From: a virus
Direction: 5' to 3' (one strand)
Length of the DNA stretch: 64,000 nucleotides
Virus record (IMG/VR): IMGVR_UViG_3300027759_000051
The translations under genes and the position numbers were made by a program. Each line of letters starts with the position of its first letter. Positions within the stretch are counted from its first letter, which is position 1. A model generated the notes under the pieces. The model saw only the letters and a list, made by a program, of their open reading frames with translations. It ran no database searches and was not told where the DNA came from. Below, piece by piece: positions 50,310-60,378 of this stretch.

Positions 50310-50891
50310 ATGATTTCAGACACTGTTTCCGTTTGTATACCCTCTATCCCAAAACGCTCTAATTTACTTACATCTCGTGTGCTACCAAGTGTTTTTTCGC
50401 AAACATACCCCGTATCTGAAATTTGCATTTCACTCGACTTTAAAAAAGAGGGTGCATGGGAAAATCGTAATAATGCTATAAAGATGGCAAATAGTGAGTG
50501 GATTGCTTTTTTGGACGATGATGACGAGTTTCAACCTCATCATGTTGAAACCTTGCTTGCTGCGGCACGTGAAAATCAATCGGATATTACTTGGGGCTGG
50601 TTTGATGTCATCGGAGGTTCTGACCCATTCCCTATGAATAGGGGTCGTCAATGGGACATAAACGACCCCCACATCTTTCCCATTACTTGTATTGTTCGCC
50701 GTTCATTAATTTTAGATTCAAAGGCTGTGTTTATGCCAGAAAAAAGCAATATAGGTGCGTGGGGAATTCAAGATTTTCCATTTTGGAAAAGCATTTATGA
50801 TGCAGGGGGAAAGTTCTTTGGAATTCCAGATATCACATGGAATTGGCATCACCACGGCGCAAACACTTCTGGATTGCCAAATCGTTGGTAG
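50310..50891 (+). CDS. GT2 glycosyltransferase
   Basis: VSVCIPS, RNNAI, WIAFLDDDD. Confidence 0.88.
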   Translation: MISDTVSVCIPSIPKRSNLLTSRVLPSVFSQTYPVSEICISLDFKKEGAWENRNNAIKMANSEWIAFLDDDDEFQPHHVETLLAAARENQSDITWGWFDVIGGSDPFPMNRGRQWDINDPHIFPITCIVRRSLILDSKAVFMPEKSNIGAWGIQDFPFWKSIYDAGGKFFGIPDITWNWHHHGANTSGLPNRW

Positions 50892-50931
50892 TCTGTCAGC
50901 AAATTAATTAGAGTTTAGAGTAAGGAAAAAA

Positions 50932-51600
50932 ATGTCGGAAATGACCATACTCGTTCCATCTCGTGGACGACCCGAAAATATAATTCGCCTAATGGACGCA
51001 TGGGGTGCGACAACTGTGCGCGACACACGTCTGCTCGTGCTCGTTGACGATGACGACTCAAAACTTGACGACTACCTTGCTATTCCCAATATTGACATAC
51101 AGGTTGGGCCACGCCTACGGATTGGCGGAACCCTTAATGTTGTTGCTCCAGAAATAGCAAAAATCTCACGAAACATTGGGTTTATGGGGGACGACCACTT
51201 GCCTCGCACCAAAGGGTGGGATGAGGCGTTTATTAACGAACTAGACAAACTTGAAGTAGGGGTGGTTTACGGAAACGACCTTGCTCATGGCGTTGGATTA
51301 GCCACATCGGTTGCAATGACATCCAATATTGTCAACACCCTGGGGTACATATGTGTCCCAGGAAGCATTCACCTATTCTTGGACAACTTTTGGATGGAAC
51401 TTGGGCGTGGAACAAACATCACATATTTTAATGATGTGATTATTGAACACGTGCATCCTCATTTTCAAAAAGCACTTTCAGACAACACTTATACCGAAGC
51501 AAACAGCCCAGAGGTATGGGGTGCCGATGAAATAACATTCAATAATTATGTCGCTACTCAATTACAAGATGACCTACAGAAACTGAGAACCCTAAAATGA
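50932..51600 (+). CDS. GT2-like glycosyltransferase
   Basis: ILVPSRGRP, VDDDD, FMGDDH, HLFLDN, IEHVHP. Confidence 0.8.
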   Translation: MSEMTILVPSRGRPENIIRLMDAWGATTVRDTRLLVLVDDDDSKLDDYLAIPNIDIQVGPRLRIGGTLNVVAPEIAKISRNIGFMGDDHLPRTKGWDEAFINELDKLEVGVVYGNDLAHGVGLATSVAMTSNIVNTLGYICVPGSIHLFLDNFWMELGRGTNITYFNDVIIEHVHPHFQKALSDNTYTEANSPEVWGADEITFNNYVATQLQDDLQKLRTLK

Positions 51601-52184
51601 GAGAAGATAGACTTTTCCCAATAGACACTATTCCAGAGTATTGCACTGCCGAATGGTATCTAGACCGCGATATTGCACCTCATGTTGATGAAGAAATGCA
51701 CCGTCCTCGCTTAGACACCGCAGCAAGATTTGCTATGTCTGTCTGGTCGCCAGAGTTAACAGTTGTTGACTTGGGTGCTGGTGACGGTGGCCTTTTGTCG
51801 CTACTAACAGAAATACCCAAAGACCAAAAATGGGGTTACGATTTGCAACCATCAAACGTTGCCGGAGCAGTAAATAGAAATCAAGACGTTCGTTACGGAA
51901 ACGTATTTGACTCAATTGACTGGGCGGATATTGCCATTGCTACAGAAATGATTGAGCATTTAGTAGGACCACACCATTTTGTTAACATGGTTAGTCAAAA
52001 AAGCAAGTATTTGATTGCTAGTTCTCCGTGGACAGAAACTATTGATGGCCACTACGGATATCACACTTGGGCATGGGACGTCGAGGGATACGCTCGAATG
52101 CTCGAATTGAATGGATGGAAAGTTATTAGCCACGAAACGACTGGCATGTTCCAAGTAGCGCTATGTGAATCTTTAAACGCATGA
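51597..52184 (+). CDS. Class I SAM-dependent methyltransferase
   Basis: VVDLGAGDGGL, GYDL, TEMIEHL. Confidence 0.85.
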   Translation: MREDRLFPIDTIPEYCTAEWYLDRDIAPHVDEEMHRPRLDTAARFAMSVWSPELTVVDLGAGDGGLLSLLTEIPKDQKWGYDLQPSNVAGAVNRNQDVRYGNVFDSIDWADIAIATEMIEHLVGPHHFVNMVSQKSKYLIASSPWTETIDGHYGYHTWAWDVEGYARMLELNGWKVISHETTGMFQVALCESLNA

Positions 52185-53059
52185 AAATTCTAATTACAGG
52201 AGATGCTGGTTTTGTTGGACGCGAATTTCACCGTCAACTAGAAGGCCACGATATTACTGGCGTTGATATCGTTAATGGTATTGACGCAAGAGACTTTTTT
52301 GCAAAGGACGATACCAAGTTTGACCTAGTAGTTCACCTAGCAGCAATAGTGGGCGGGAGAGCAACAATTGAAGGTCAGCCACTCAAGGTGGCAACAGACT
52401 TAGCAATAGATTCCGATATGTTTCAGTGGGCACTTAGGACAAAGCCAAAGAATGTTGTTTACTATTCATCGTCAGCGGCTTACCCAATACACCTACAAGA
52501 ATATGGAAGCACTCATAAATTAAAAGAATCAGATATTAATCTAGACGACGTCCGTCTCCCTGATTACACGTATGGTTGGGCAAAGTTAACTGGCGAAATC
52601 CTTGCTAAATATGCTCAAGAAGCTGGCTTAAGAGTTCATGTCTTCAGACCGTTCTCCGGATATGGAGAAACACAAGATATGACATATCCTTTCCCGTCAT
52701 TTATTCATAGGGCTGTAAATAAGTACAATCCATTTCAAATATGGGGAACAGGGAATCAAGTAAGAGATTTTATACACATAAGCGATGTCGTGTCTGGAAC
52801 GTTAGAGGCTGTTAAAAACGATATACAAGGTCCAGTCAATCTTGGTATAGGCAGACCGATATCATTCATAGAGTTTGCAAAAATTGCTTCATCTATTACT
52901 GGATACGAGCCAGACATCCAAACTGATTCATCAGCCCCAGAAGGAGTTGCGTACAGGGTTTGTGACCCAGAGAAATTTCTATCCTTTTACCAGCCAAAAG
53001 TTTCATTTGAAGATGGAATTGAGATGGCGATAAAACATAAATTTAAACATGATTTTTAA
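52181..53059 (+). CDS. NAD-dependent epimerase/dehydratase
   Basis: ITGDAGFVG, VHLAA, SSSAAY, YGWAK (YxxxK), RDFIH. Confidence 0.92.
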   Translation: MKILITGDAGFVGREFHRQLEGHDITGVDIVNGIDARDFFAKDDTKFDLVVHLAAIVGGRATIEGQPLKVATDLAIDSDMFQWALRTKPKNVVYYSSSAAYPIHLQEYGSTHKLKESDINLDDVRLPDYTYGWAKLTGEILAKYAQEAGLRVHVFRPFSGYGETQDMTYPFPSFIHRAVNKYNPFQIWGTGNQVRDFIHISDVVSGTLEAVKNDIQGPVNLGIGRPISFIEFAKIASSITGYEPDIQTDSSAPEGVAYRVCDPEKFLSFYQPKVSFEDGIEMAIKHKFKHDF

Positions 53060-53112
53060 GTATGTAAAGAATTTTATGTTTCCTAAAAACTAGTGCAGAA
53101 CAAGAGGCTGAG

Positions 53113-53694
53113 TTGCAATTTTTAAATGTTGGATGCGGTCCCCATTATGCAGAGCAATGGGTAAATACTGACCTATTTCAAGACGAGATAACAAAGCCTG
53201 ATATTGTTGTTTCTCCAGATAACCCATACCCATTCAGTGATAATTATTTTGACGCTATATATATGGGTCACATTCTTGAGCACATGCCGTGGAATGATGT
53301 TGATAAATTCATCAAAGATATGATGCGCATAGCTGCCCCAGGAGCGCCAATATTGATAGTAGGACCAGACACGAAGAGCGCAATTGACCTCTACGCTGAT
53401 GGGGGTATGACATGGGAAATACTTGAGTCAATCATTGAGCATCAACATTTCAACTTTCAAGATGGAAGACAAAACCAGCACTGGGATGGAGCATCTCATT
53501 TTTGGAATTGTTCTGGAGAAAGAATTTGTATGCTTTTGGAAGACATTGGCATAAAAGAATACAAACCCGCAACACAGGAAATGCTTAAATATCCACATGT
53601 TGATGGGTGGTACGACTTTGACAACTATATATTTTGGCCGGTTGTAGCAAAAGTCAATTGGCAATTTGGCATATTATTTAAAAATAATAAATAA
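53113..53694 (+). CDS. Methyltransferase (type 11-like)
   Basis: LNVGCG, WVNTD, YPFSDNYFDAIY.GHILEH. Confidence 0.8.
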   Translation: MQFLNVGCGPHYAEQWVNTDLFQDEITKPDIVVSPDNPYPFSDNYFDAIYMGHILEHMPWNDVDKFIKDMMRIAAPGAPILIVGPDTKSAIDLYADGGMTWEILESIIEHQHFNFQDGRQNQHWDGASHFWNCSGERICMLLEDIGIKEYKPATQEMLKYPHVDGWYDFDNYIFWPVVAKVNWQFGILFKNNK

Positions 53695-53730
53695 TATTGG
53701 TGTAAAATTGTTTCTGTCGGAGGACAGAGA

Positions 53731-55791
53731 TTGAAAATTGGTGGGAAAGAAATAAAATTGCGCCCTGGCGCATGGATACTTCTGCCTGCACTTATCTTTG
53801 CGTGGATTAACCCACATAACGTTAGGGCGGATGCCCAGTCTGGACTCGCAGTAACTGTCTACAATAACTACAGCTACAACGGGTCTCCGCCACTTCCATC
53901 CGTATCTGGCAGGCCAGTTCAGTGCACTACAACGTACTTAATTATTGACCAGAACTTCGGCAATAATATTTGTGGACTCTACGATGATTTTATAGTTAAG
54001 TACGAAGGGTATATAACTTCACCAACAACGGGAACAATTACTTTTTATCCCACCGCAGATGATGGAACAAAACTTTACATTGACGATGTTCTGATTGATA
54101 ATAACTGGAGAGACAAGGGTGGCGGAGGAAATCCCAGTACGCCAGTTGAGTTTATTGCTGGAGTCCCAAAACCAATAACTCTATGGTTTTATGAAAATGG
54201 TGGAGGAAACTGGGTTGAACTTGCATGGAATCAAGGTGGAGTATATTCAACTGTTCCTGCAGAAGCATTCACTCAGAACAATGAGTCTCAATACACAACC
54301 ACAACAACTGCTGCTCCATATTTAAATTCTGTTACAAACCTTGTAGCAACAGCAAAAATAGACGGAAGCGTTGACCTTAACTGGGATGCGCCAGCATCAA
54401 GCAATGTTGACATCTACGCTTATGGAGTCATGTTCTATGGACTTGATGAAATTGACGGAACTACGTCAGGCGGTTGGGGAGTTTGGACTAACCAAGGAAC
54501 TACCTACTCGCTTGCTGAATATATGTTCTCTGGGACTACTGGATTTGGGCCTGTTCGCTTCGGTATCAAAGCAGGAAATGAAAGTTGCTTCTCCAGCGAC
54601 GGCGTTGGTCCATGTATCTATGGGCCTGAAACAAATGTTGATACAGTCGTTATTAACCCAACTCCACCAACAACTACAACAACAGAACCTGAAACCACAA
54701 CAACAGAGCCTGAAACCGCAAGCAGTGAAAATACAACCACTACTACTGAAGTAATCCAGGAGCCGGAAATAACTACAACAATTCCTTTACCAGACACTGG
54801 AACTACAAGCAGTACAGTAGAAGAAACAAATATAACGATGGAGATAGTTCCAGAGACCGTCCCCATAATTGAGGAGGAAAATGTCGGACAAGGAGACTTC
54901 ACAGAACCTACAGTTCAAGACTCGATACCTGAACCAGAAGCAGTCACCCAAGATGAAACGCCGACACAAGAAACTACGCCAGAACTTCCGCTAGATATAA
55001 GCGAAGAGATTGATCAAATAAACACATCTTCACTAAGCAATGAAGAGCTTGCGGATGCTGTTGATTTAGTCCTTCAAGACGCATCTTCACCAGAAGAACT
55101 TGGTTTCGCAATATCAGAAATACTAGACAAACCACTTACTGACGAACAGTTTGCTGCTGTTCTTGAAACAATATTTGATAAACAATTGAGCGATGAGCAA
55201 TTTGACGCAGCTATTAGCTCAATTATTGACTCGGATCTATCGGCTGAGCAATTCACAGAAGTTATTGGAATCCTTGAAGGAGACTCCGTAACTGAAGAGC
55301 AGGTTTCTTCCGCTGTTGATGACATGGTTGAAAACGGTATTACTGAAGACCAAGCAACCGAACTTGCAACTATCGAGAAAGTACTTGAAAGTATCTCCGC
55401 AGATGTAGCTGCCGAGATATTCAACGAAATACCAGTAGATGAACTATCTGACGAACAGGGACAACAAATTGTTGACGCAGTGCAAAATGCCCCAACTGAA
55501 ATCAAAGAAGCATTTGAAGAGGAGATAAATGTCTTTGATGGTGCCTTTGATACCTATGTCCCAACAGGCTCAAACATAAGTGTTGGCGAACGTAGAACGA
55601 TAGTTGCTGTAACTGTTGTATCATCTGTAATAGCAATCTCTGCAGCTTCCACCCCATCAGCCCCAAGCGGACCCTCTGGCGGTAGCTCAGGGCCTTCAGG
55701 TGGCGGTTCTGGTGGAAGTGACCCAAGTGAAGGGTCCGAACCAAAAGAAGGTAAAAGTAAAAATAAATCTCGTGGGAGAAGAAGAAAATGA
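53731..55791 (+). CDS. Membrane-anchored surface protein: PA14 domain, FN3-like domain, Thr/Glu-rich stalk, acidic helical repeats
   Basis: Signal peptide; TADDGTKLYID..LIDNNW, WFYENGGG (PA14); xTDEQF repeats; hydrophobic segment and basic tail. Confidence 0.82.
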   Translation: MKIGGKEIKLRPGAWILLPALIFAWINPHNVRADAQSGLAVTVYNNYSYNGSPPLPSVSGRPVQCTTTYLIIDQNFGNNICGLYDDFIVKYEGYITSPTTGTITFYPTADDGTKLYIDDVLIDNNWRDKGGGGNPSTPVEFIAGVPKPITLWFYENGGGNWVELAWNQGGVYSTVPAEAFTQNNESQYTTTTTAAPYLNSVTNLVATAKIDGSVDLNWDAPASSNVDIYAYGVMFYGLDEIDGTTSGGWGVWTNQGTTYSLAEYMFSGTTGFGPVRFGIKAGNESCFSSDGVGPCIYGPETNVDTVVINPTPPTTTTTEPETTTTEPETASSENTTTTTEVIQEPEITTTIPLPDTGTTSSTVEETNITMEIVPETVPIIEEENVGQGDFTEPTVQDSIPEPEAVTQDETPTQETTPELPLDISEEIDQINTSSLSNEELADAVDLVLQDASSPEELGFAISEILDKPLTDEQFAAVLETIFDKQLSDEQFDAAISSIIDSDLSAEQFTEVIGILEGDSVTEEQVSSAVDDMVENGITEDQATELATIEKVLESISADVAAEIFNEIPVDELSDEQGQQIVDAVQNAPTEIKEAFEEEINVFDGAFDTYVPTGSNISVGERRTIVAVTVVSSVIAISAASTPSAPSGPSGGSSGPSGGGSGGSDPSEGSEPKEGKSKNKSRGRRRK

Positions 55792-55964
55792 AATTTTTGA
55801 AGAAAATATGGACCATAACCGGTGACTTGATATGGACGATAGTCGGAAGCGTAATTGTAATAATAACGCTTTCCGGTGATACGCAAAAAATTGCTCTCTA
55901 CTTGACGATTGCTGGTGGCGTAATTCACTATATTTACAAAATTCTTGATGGTAGTGAAGACTAA
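55788..55964 (+). CDS. 58-aa two-TM membrane protein
   Basis: Not in ORF track. MKFLKKIWTITGDLIWTIVGSVIVIITLSGDTQKIALYLTIAGGVIHYIYKILDGSED; ATGA-coupled to the PA14 gene. Confidence 0.75.
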   Translation: MKFLKKIWTITGDLIWTIVGSVIVIITLSGDTQKIALYLTIAGGVIHYIYKILDGSED

Positions 55965-56044
55965 TTATAATTTCTAAATTTTAGTGTCTTATTTTTGTTG
56001 TACAATATTTAAAGTTGTGCAACAAATTGCAGAAAAGAGCTAAA

Positions 56045-56623
56045 ATGGCCCCCAAGTACCCTTACAAAAAAATGGTTCTTCCAAAAGAACTTGCTGGGAT
56101 GAAGGAAGAAACTGGCAAATTAACGCCGGAAATGCTAACAACCTCCGTAAATGGGGCAAAGTTTTGGCGTTGGGCTGGAATCGCATTCAACCAAATGTTT
56201 AATGATGCTGAAAAAGCTGGCTTTAAATTGCAGAATATTGGCGACTACCGTTCGTACGAACAACAACTCGCCATGTTTAAAGAGCGCTACTCAACCACTG
56301 ACGGCGGCAGGAAGCCACAAGTAACGAGAACTTGGGATGGAAAGACTTGGTACCTTAAGCCAAAGATGAGTCCAAGCTCGTCTCCCGGTAAATCAAACCA
56401 CGGTCTTGGTCTGGCTATTGACCTAAATGTCACAAATCCTAAAATACTTGACTGGCTTTGTGATAACGCCCCAAAGTACGGATACTACCTACAGAGCGAC
56501 AACCCAGCATCTCCCGAATTTGAAGCATGGCACTGGCAGTATGTTTGTGGCGATGCAACTCCAGAAGCAGTAGAAACTCGCTTCGAGGCTAACGAAGCCA
56601 AAAAAGCCGCAAAAGGAAAATAA
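56045..56623 (+). CDS. Endolysin, M15 (VanY-like) peptidase
   Basis: YRSYEQQ, PGKSNHGLGLAIDL, EAWHWQY. Confidence 0.88.
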   Translation: MAPKYPYKKMVLPKELAGMKEETGKLTPEMLTTSVNGAKFWRWAGIAFNQMFNDAEKAGFKLQNIGDYRSYEQQLAMFKERYSTTDGGRKPQVTRTWDGKTWYLKPKMSPSSSPGKSNHGLGLAIDLNVTNPKILDWLCDNAPKYGYYLQSDNPASPEFEAWHWQYVCGDATPEAVETRFEANEAKKAAKGK

Positions 56624-56627
56624 TCCA

Positions 56628-56876
56628 ATGGAGGCAATAATTGTTGCTTTGATTGGCATATTTGGTGGTGTTTCTATCGCCTTAATTGAGAGAGATAGAC
56701 GCTCCAGCAAGGGTAGGTGGGAAGAGAATAAAGCTGACCACAACTTTGTTGTTGACAAGATTGAGAACCTAGGTAAAACACTCGGGATATCTATTGACAG
56801 AGTGGAAAAAGGCGTTGAACGTACGGAAGCAAAAGTTGATGAACATATTCGAGACCACGCAAAAGGTGATGTCTAA
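56628..56876 (+). CDS. Single-TM lysis-cassette protein (holin/accessory-like)
   Basis: N-terminal TM plus coiled coil ending KVDEHIRDHA; follows the endolysin. Confidence 0.65.
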   Translation: MEAIIVALIGIFGGVSIALIERDRRSSKGRWEENKADHNFVVDKIENLGKTLGISIDRVEKGVERTEAKVDEHIRDHAKGDV

Positions 56877-57106
56877 TGGCAAATAAACCAGCAAAGAAAA
56901 ATATAACCAATTCCAGCGCCTCAGTTAAGAAAAAGAACGAAGGCGACATCGTCATGTATATAGGTATGACAAAAGGAATAATGAATAATTGTCCAGTCTG
57001 CGGTGGGAAAACGAGCAAGGGCATTCTTAGGCAGTATAAAAACGAACTTTACTGCTCAAAGAGATGCGCTGTTTCGGTTATTGAAAAAGATGAAGGAAAT
57101 GACTAA
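56876..57106 (+). CDS. Small zinc-finger protein
   Basis: CPVC...YCSKRC. Confidence 0.65.
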   Translation: MANKPAKKNITNSSASVKKKNEGDIVMYIGMTKGIMNNCPVCGGKTSKGILRQYKNELYCSKRCAVSVIEKDEGND

Positions 57107-58577
57107 AAAAACAAAAAACAATATATTTAAATATTTTTCAATATCATTAATATTATTAGGATTATTTTTAGTTTCAAAATCTTCTATACCAAAAAACCTC
57201 TCTATAACTAGTGTTGCTAATGCTTCCGGAACTGGTGGCCCAATAGTTCTTGACGGAATGGATCCAGTCTGTCACTCTGGCGGAGAAGGAACTTGGGGAT
57301 ACATTGCACAAGTTCTAAAGAAAACACACGAAGGCGCAACAAACCAGAACAGTGGTGCAATTGCTGTTCTTGGTGCAAACGGAACAAGCAACTCGTGTGG
57401 CGGTAACTGGAATACTCTTCTTGCTACAAAGTATTTAGGTCAGTTCACCACTGCTCCAACTGTAAACTTTTATAACTCCGCATCGGAAGTAACTACGTTC
57501 TTCTCTACTATAAATACATTGAAGCCTGCTGTCATATGGATTCCAGATAACTGGGGTAGATCTGCCACAGTTGAGTCGGTATTCACATCAAATGCTGAGG
57601 TCATTGCCGACTTCGTCAACTCTGGTGGTGGACTATTTGCGAACATGGGAACGTATGGTTGGTTAACAGCACTACTGCCAAGTGCTGCTTACAACAATGG
57701 TGGATGCAACGGTGGTCCAGACGCCACAGCTGATGGTATTACTGACTTCGGACTCACGAATGCAAAAGTAGCCGCATGTTGGCATGGTTACTTTACAGGA
57801 AACGTTGGAACACTCAAGACGCTTGTTGACTATCCATACCCATCTGCTTCATCAACAAGAAAAGCAGTGTCAATAGGTGGTGGTTCTGTTTCACTTCCAA
57901 GTTCATTTACTCTAGCCATTAGTCCCACAAGTCCAAATGCGGGTGAAGACTTAACAATAACCGCTACGGCTCAGACGATATCTGGAATACCCCAGGCTGG
58001 AGTAACGGTAACCATAACCGTAAGTAGTGGCGCTGACGCTGGAAGCACTCTGACTGCTACAACAAACTCTTTTGGAGTAGCAACAATAACTGTAAGAACA
58101 AACTCACAAGGAACTGCTGTCTATACGGCTACGGCAACAGTCAATGGTGTGGCAAAGACCGTTTCGGCAACCGTGAGCTGGAATCCCCCAGTAACTACTG
58201 TACCACCTCCAGTAACCACTGTTTTGCCCCTAGTAACTACAACATCAACCAGTAGTACAACAACCTCCGTGCTGCAACAAACAACAACACTGCCAGAAGT
58301 TGTTCAAACAACGACAACGGCATATTCAATTTTGCCATTGCCACAAGAAGTGACAACCACCACAGAATTATCTCCAGTGCCAGACCTCGGAATATCTTCA
58401 TCCCCGAAGACTACCGTCCACGACCACTCAACACACTCGCATGGGATTCTTCCAGAAACCGGTAGCAACTCCTCGAACGGAATCAAACTTGCTCTTTTTA
58501 TCATTTTGCTTGGCTGGATAATCATGTCAATCCGTGGAATATTTTTAGATTCTAAGGGAAGAAAAAAAGGAGCCTGA
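57099..58577 (+). CDS. LPxTG-type cell-wall-anchored protein with Ig-like (Big-1) domain and Thr-rich stalk
   Basis: Signal peptide from ATG 57099; PQAGVTVT...ATTNSFGVAT; LPETG followed by hydrophobic stretch and KGRKK. Confidence 0.82.
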   Translation: MTKKTKNNIFKYFSISLILLGLFLVSKSSIPKNLSITSVANASGTGGPIVLDGMDPVCHSGGEGTWGYIAQVLKKTHEGATNQNSGAIAVLGANGTSNSCGGNWNTLLATKYLGQFTTAPTVNFYNSASEVTTFFSTINTLKPAVIWIPDNWGRSATVESVFTSNAEVIADFVNSGGGLFANMGTYGWLTALLPSAAYNNGGCNGGPDATADGITDFGLTNAKVAACWHGYFTGNVGTLKTLVDYPYPSASSTRKAVSIGGGSVSLPSSFTLAISPTSPNAGEDLTITATAQTISGIPQAGVTVTITVSSGADAGSTLTATTNSFGVATITVRTNSQGTAVYTATATVNGVAKTVSATVSWNPPVTTVPPPVTTVLPLVTTTSTSSTTTSVLQQTTTLPEVVQTTTTAYSILPLPQEVTTTTELSPVPDLGISSSPKTTVHDHSTHSHGILPETGSNSSNGIKLALFIILLGWIIMSIRGIFLDSKGRKKGA

Positions 58578-58578
58578 T

Positions 58579-58875
58579 ATGGCCATGAAAAAAGAACTAG
58601 TCACAAATATACTCATGCGGATACTCGCTACTTTCGCCGCTTCTGGCTTAGGAGTGATTGGCGCTGGTGCGATAGCTGGAGTTTCATTGTGGAAAGCAAT
58701 GTTCATGGCGGGAATAGCTGGCGTTGCTACGGTGATTGAAGGATTGTCCAGAGCTTTCCTTGATGATGGAAAACTTTCAATATCTGAGATTAATAACGTA
58801 TTTAATAAATTTGATAAAACAGGAGATGTTGAAGATTCAAAAATAACTAAGAAGGTGACCAGTCCCTCTTCCTAG
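58579..58875 (+). CDS. Holin-like membrane protein
   Basis: Two hydrophobic helices, charged C-terminus. Confidence 0.65.
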   Translation: MAMKKELVTNILMRILATFAASGLGVIGAGAIAGVSLWKAMFMAGIAGVATVIEGLSRAFLDDGKLSISEINNVFNKFDKTGDVEDSKITKKVTSPSS

Positions 58876-59083
58876 GGGTTGTATTTTCTATCTGTTTTTT
58901 TGCATCTTCCATGCATGAATTTACAGCGTTGAGTAGATTCTCGGTCATGCTCCCGCTCGCTCCTCCCCATTTATGTCTAAACCAAGCGCTGCAGTACCAC
59001 TTGCCGTCCATGCACTCAATACTGAAATCCATATTATTTGAATCAAACCATTTTTTACAGTTATTCAAGTAAGCTTCAGACAT
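58847..59083 (-). CDS. Hypothetical protein
   Basis: 78-aa ORF filling an otherwise empty gap. Confidence 0.45.
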   Translation of the reverse strand: MSEAYLNNCKKWFDSNNMDFSIECMDGKWYCSAWFRHKWGGASGSMTENLLNAVNSCMEDAKKQIENTTPRKRDWSPS

Positions 59084-59200
59084 ATTTATATCCTATATTA
59101 TGATTCATGCACTGACTCTCCATTAGTTAGTGATATTTTATTAATAACTCATGCTTGATGACGGGGATTGTTTTTCTAATTTATCCAAAGGTCTTACTAA

Positions 59201-59518
59201 ATGTCTGAACAATTCTGGCACAATGATGGTCACAAAATAACCCTACAGATAAATAGGTCAGAACTGGACGTTTTGCACACAGAATGCCCCGGAGGCGACG
59301 CTGAGTGCATGTCCGAAGAATACGGCTGCGTTGTTCGCTGGTTCATTGAAAGGTTTGGCATGGAGTGCAATGCTGGCTCATGTGCTCCAGATGAGGTTAT
59401 AGAAATCTGCTGGACCCTTGTTGGCGACAAAAGAAACATTGACTCTAGTCAAGTCTGGTTTATGCCAGTAAAAGACGACATCTTTTTGGCTTGGCTTACG
59501 ACCCAAAACCACGGATAA
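59201..59518 (+). CDS. Cys-rich hypothetical protein
   Basis: 105 aa, 6 Cys. Confidence 0.65.
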   Translation: MSEQFWHNDGHKITLQINRSELDVLHTECPGGDAECMSEEYGCVVRWFIERFGMECNAGSCAPDEVIEICWTLVGDKRNIDSSQVWFMPVKDDIFLAWLTTQNHG

Positions 59519-59804
59519 AAAGCGGAGACTTCCTGCATCTACCTACGTGGTAAACAACTTCTCTCCCAGTTGGGGTAATGATCCACTTCCCAGGAACTAC
59601 TTGCTTAACGCAACCATTCTTTTCAAGCGTCATAAGTGATCTCTTCGCTTGACTTTCTTCTTCAAATTTTCCGGTTAGACAACTTTTTAACTGATATGCA
59701 GAAATAGGAAGTGATTTCATTTTCACATAAAGAAGAGAATTGTATGTTGTCCCACCTATTTTGAAACTTACTTTTGGGCCTTCATACTTTCGGTCAAATT
59801 CCAT
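59496..59804 (-). CDS. Winged-helix-like protein
   Basis: RSLMTLEKNGCV...WIITPTGRE. Confidence 0.65.
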   Translation of the reverse strand: MEFDRKYEGPKVSFKIGGTTYNSLLYVKMKSLPISAYQLKSCLTGKFEEESQAKRSLMTLEKNGCVKQVVPGKWIITPTGREVVYHVGRCRKSPLFIRGFGS

Positions 59805-59819
59805 ATGTCGCGCATTGTA

Positions 59820-60269
59820 TTAAAACAACACATCTTCAACAACCTCGTTCTTGATTTTGTTTGCGCTTGATTCCTTGACAATGCTTATTACTGAACTTGC
59901 AAAGTGCTGTATATCAGGGTGTTTTTTTACTTGATTAATATCTACTTTGTAAATATTTTGTCTGTTGAGTTTTGTCTTTGTAATCAAGCCCCTAGAAATA
60001 AGGCTTTTAATTGTCTTGTCAATCATTGTCTCCGACAAATTGAGATAAACAGACAATGCTCTCTGAGTTGTTGTCGGATCCTCGATTAAAGCTATTAGGA
60101 CTCTCCCAGCCGTAGATATGAGGCTTATCTCGCCATCTGCGTGATACCTAAATAGTTTCTGTTTGTCAAGCGTTGACATCACCACATCAACCAAATCCTC
60201 AGAATTTGATGACGATAGCAATGCCTGCTGCAGTGCTTTCTTTATTTCCGCAGTTTTGCTTTCTTTCAT
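59820..60269 (-). CDS. MarR-like winged-helix DNA-binding protein
   Basis: RVLIAL...TQRALSVYLNLSETMIDKTIKSLISRGLITK...NIYKV. Confidence 0.8.
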   Translation of the reverse strand: MKESKTAEIKKALQQALLSSSNSEDLVDVVMSTLDKQKLFRYHADGEISLISTAGRVLIALIEDPTTTQRALSVYLNLSETMIDKTIKSLISRGLITKTKLNRQNIYKVDINQVKKHPDIQHFASSVISIVKESSANKIKNEVVEDVLF

Positions 60270-60378
60270 GTAGACATACTACATCTGGTGTCGCCTTTGG
60301 TGTAGTATCTCTGTGTAATACATGAGGCAATATTTGTCGTTAATTGTGCGTTTTCATCAGACTTCTAAAGGGGCTTAA

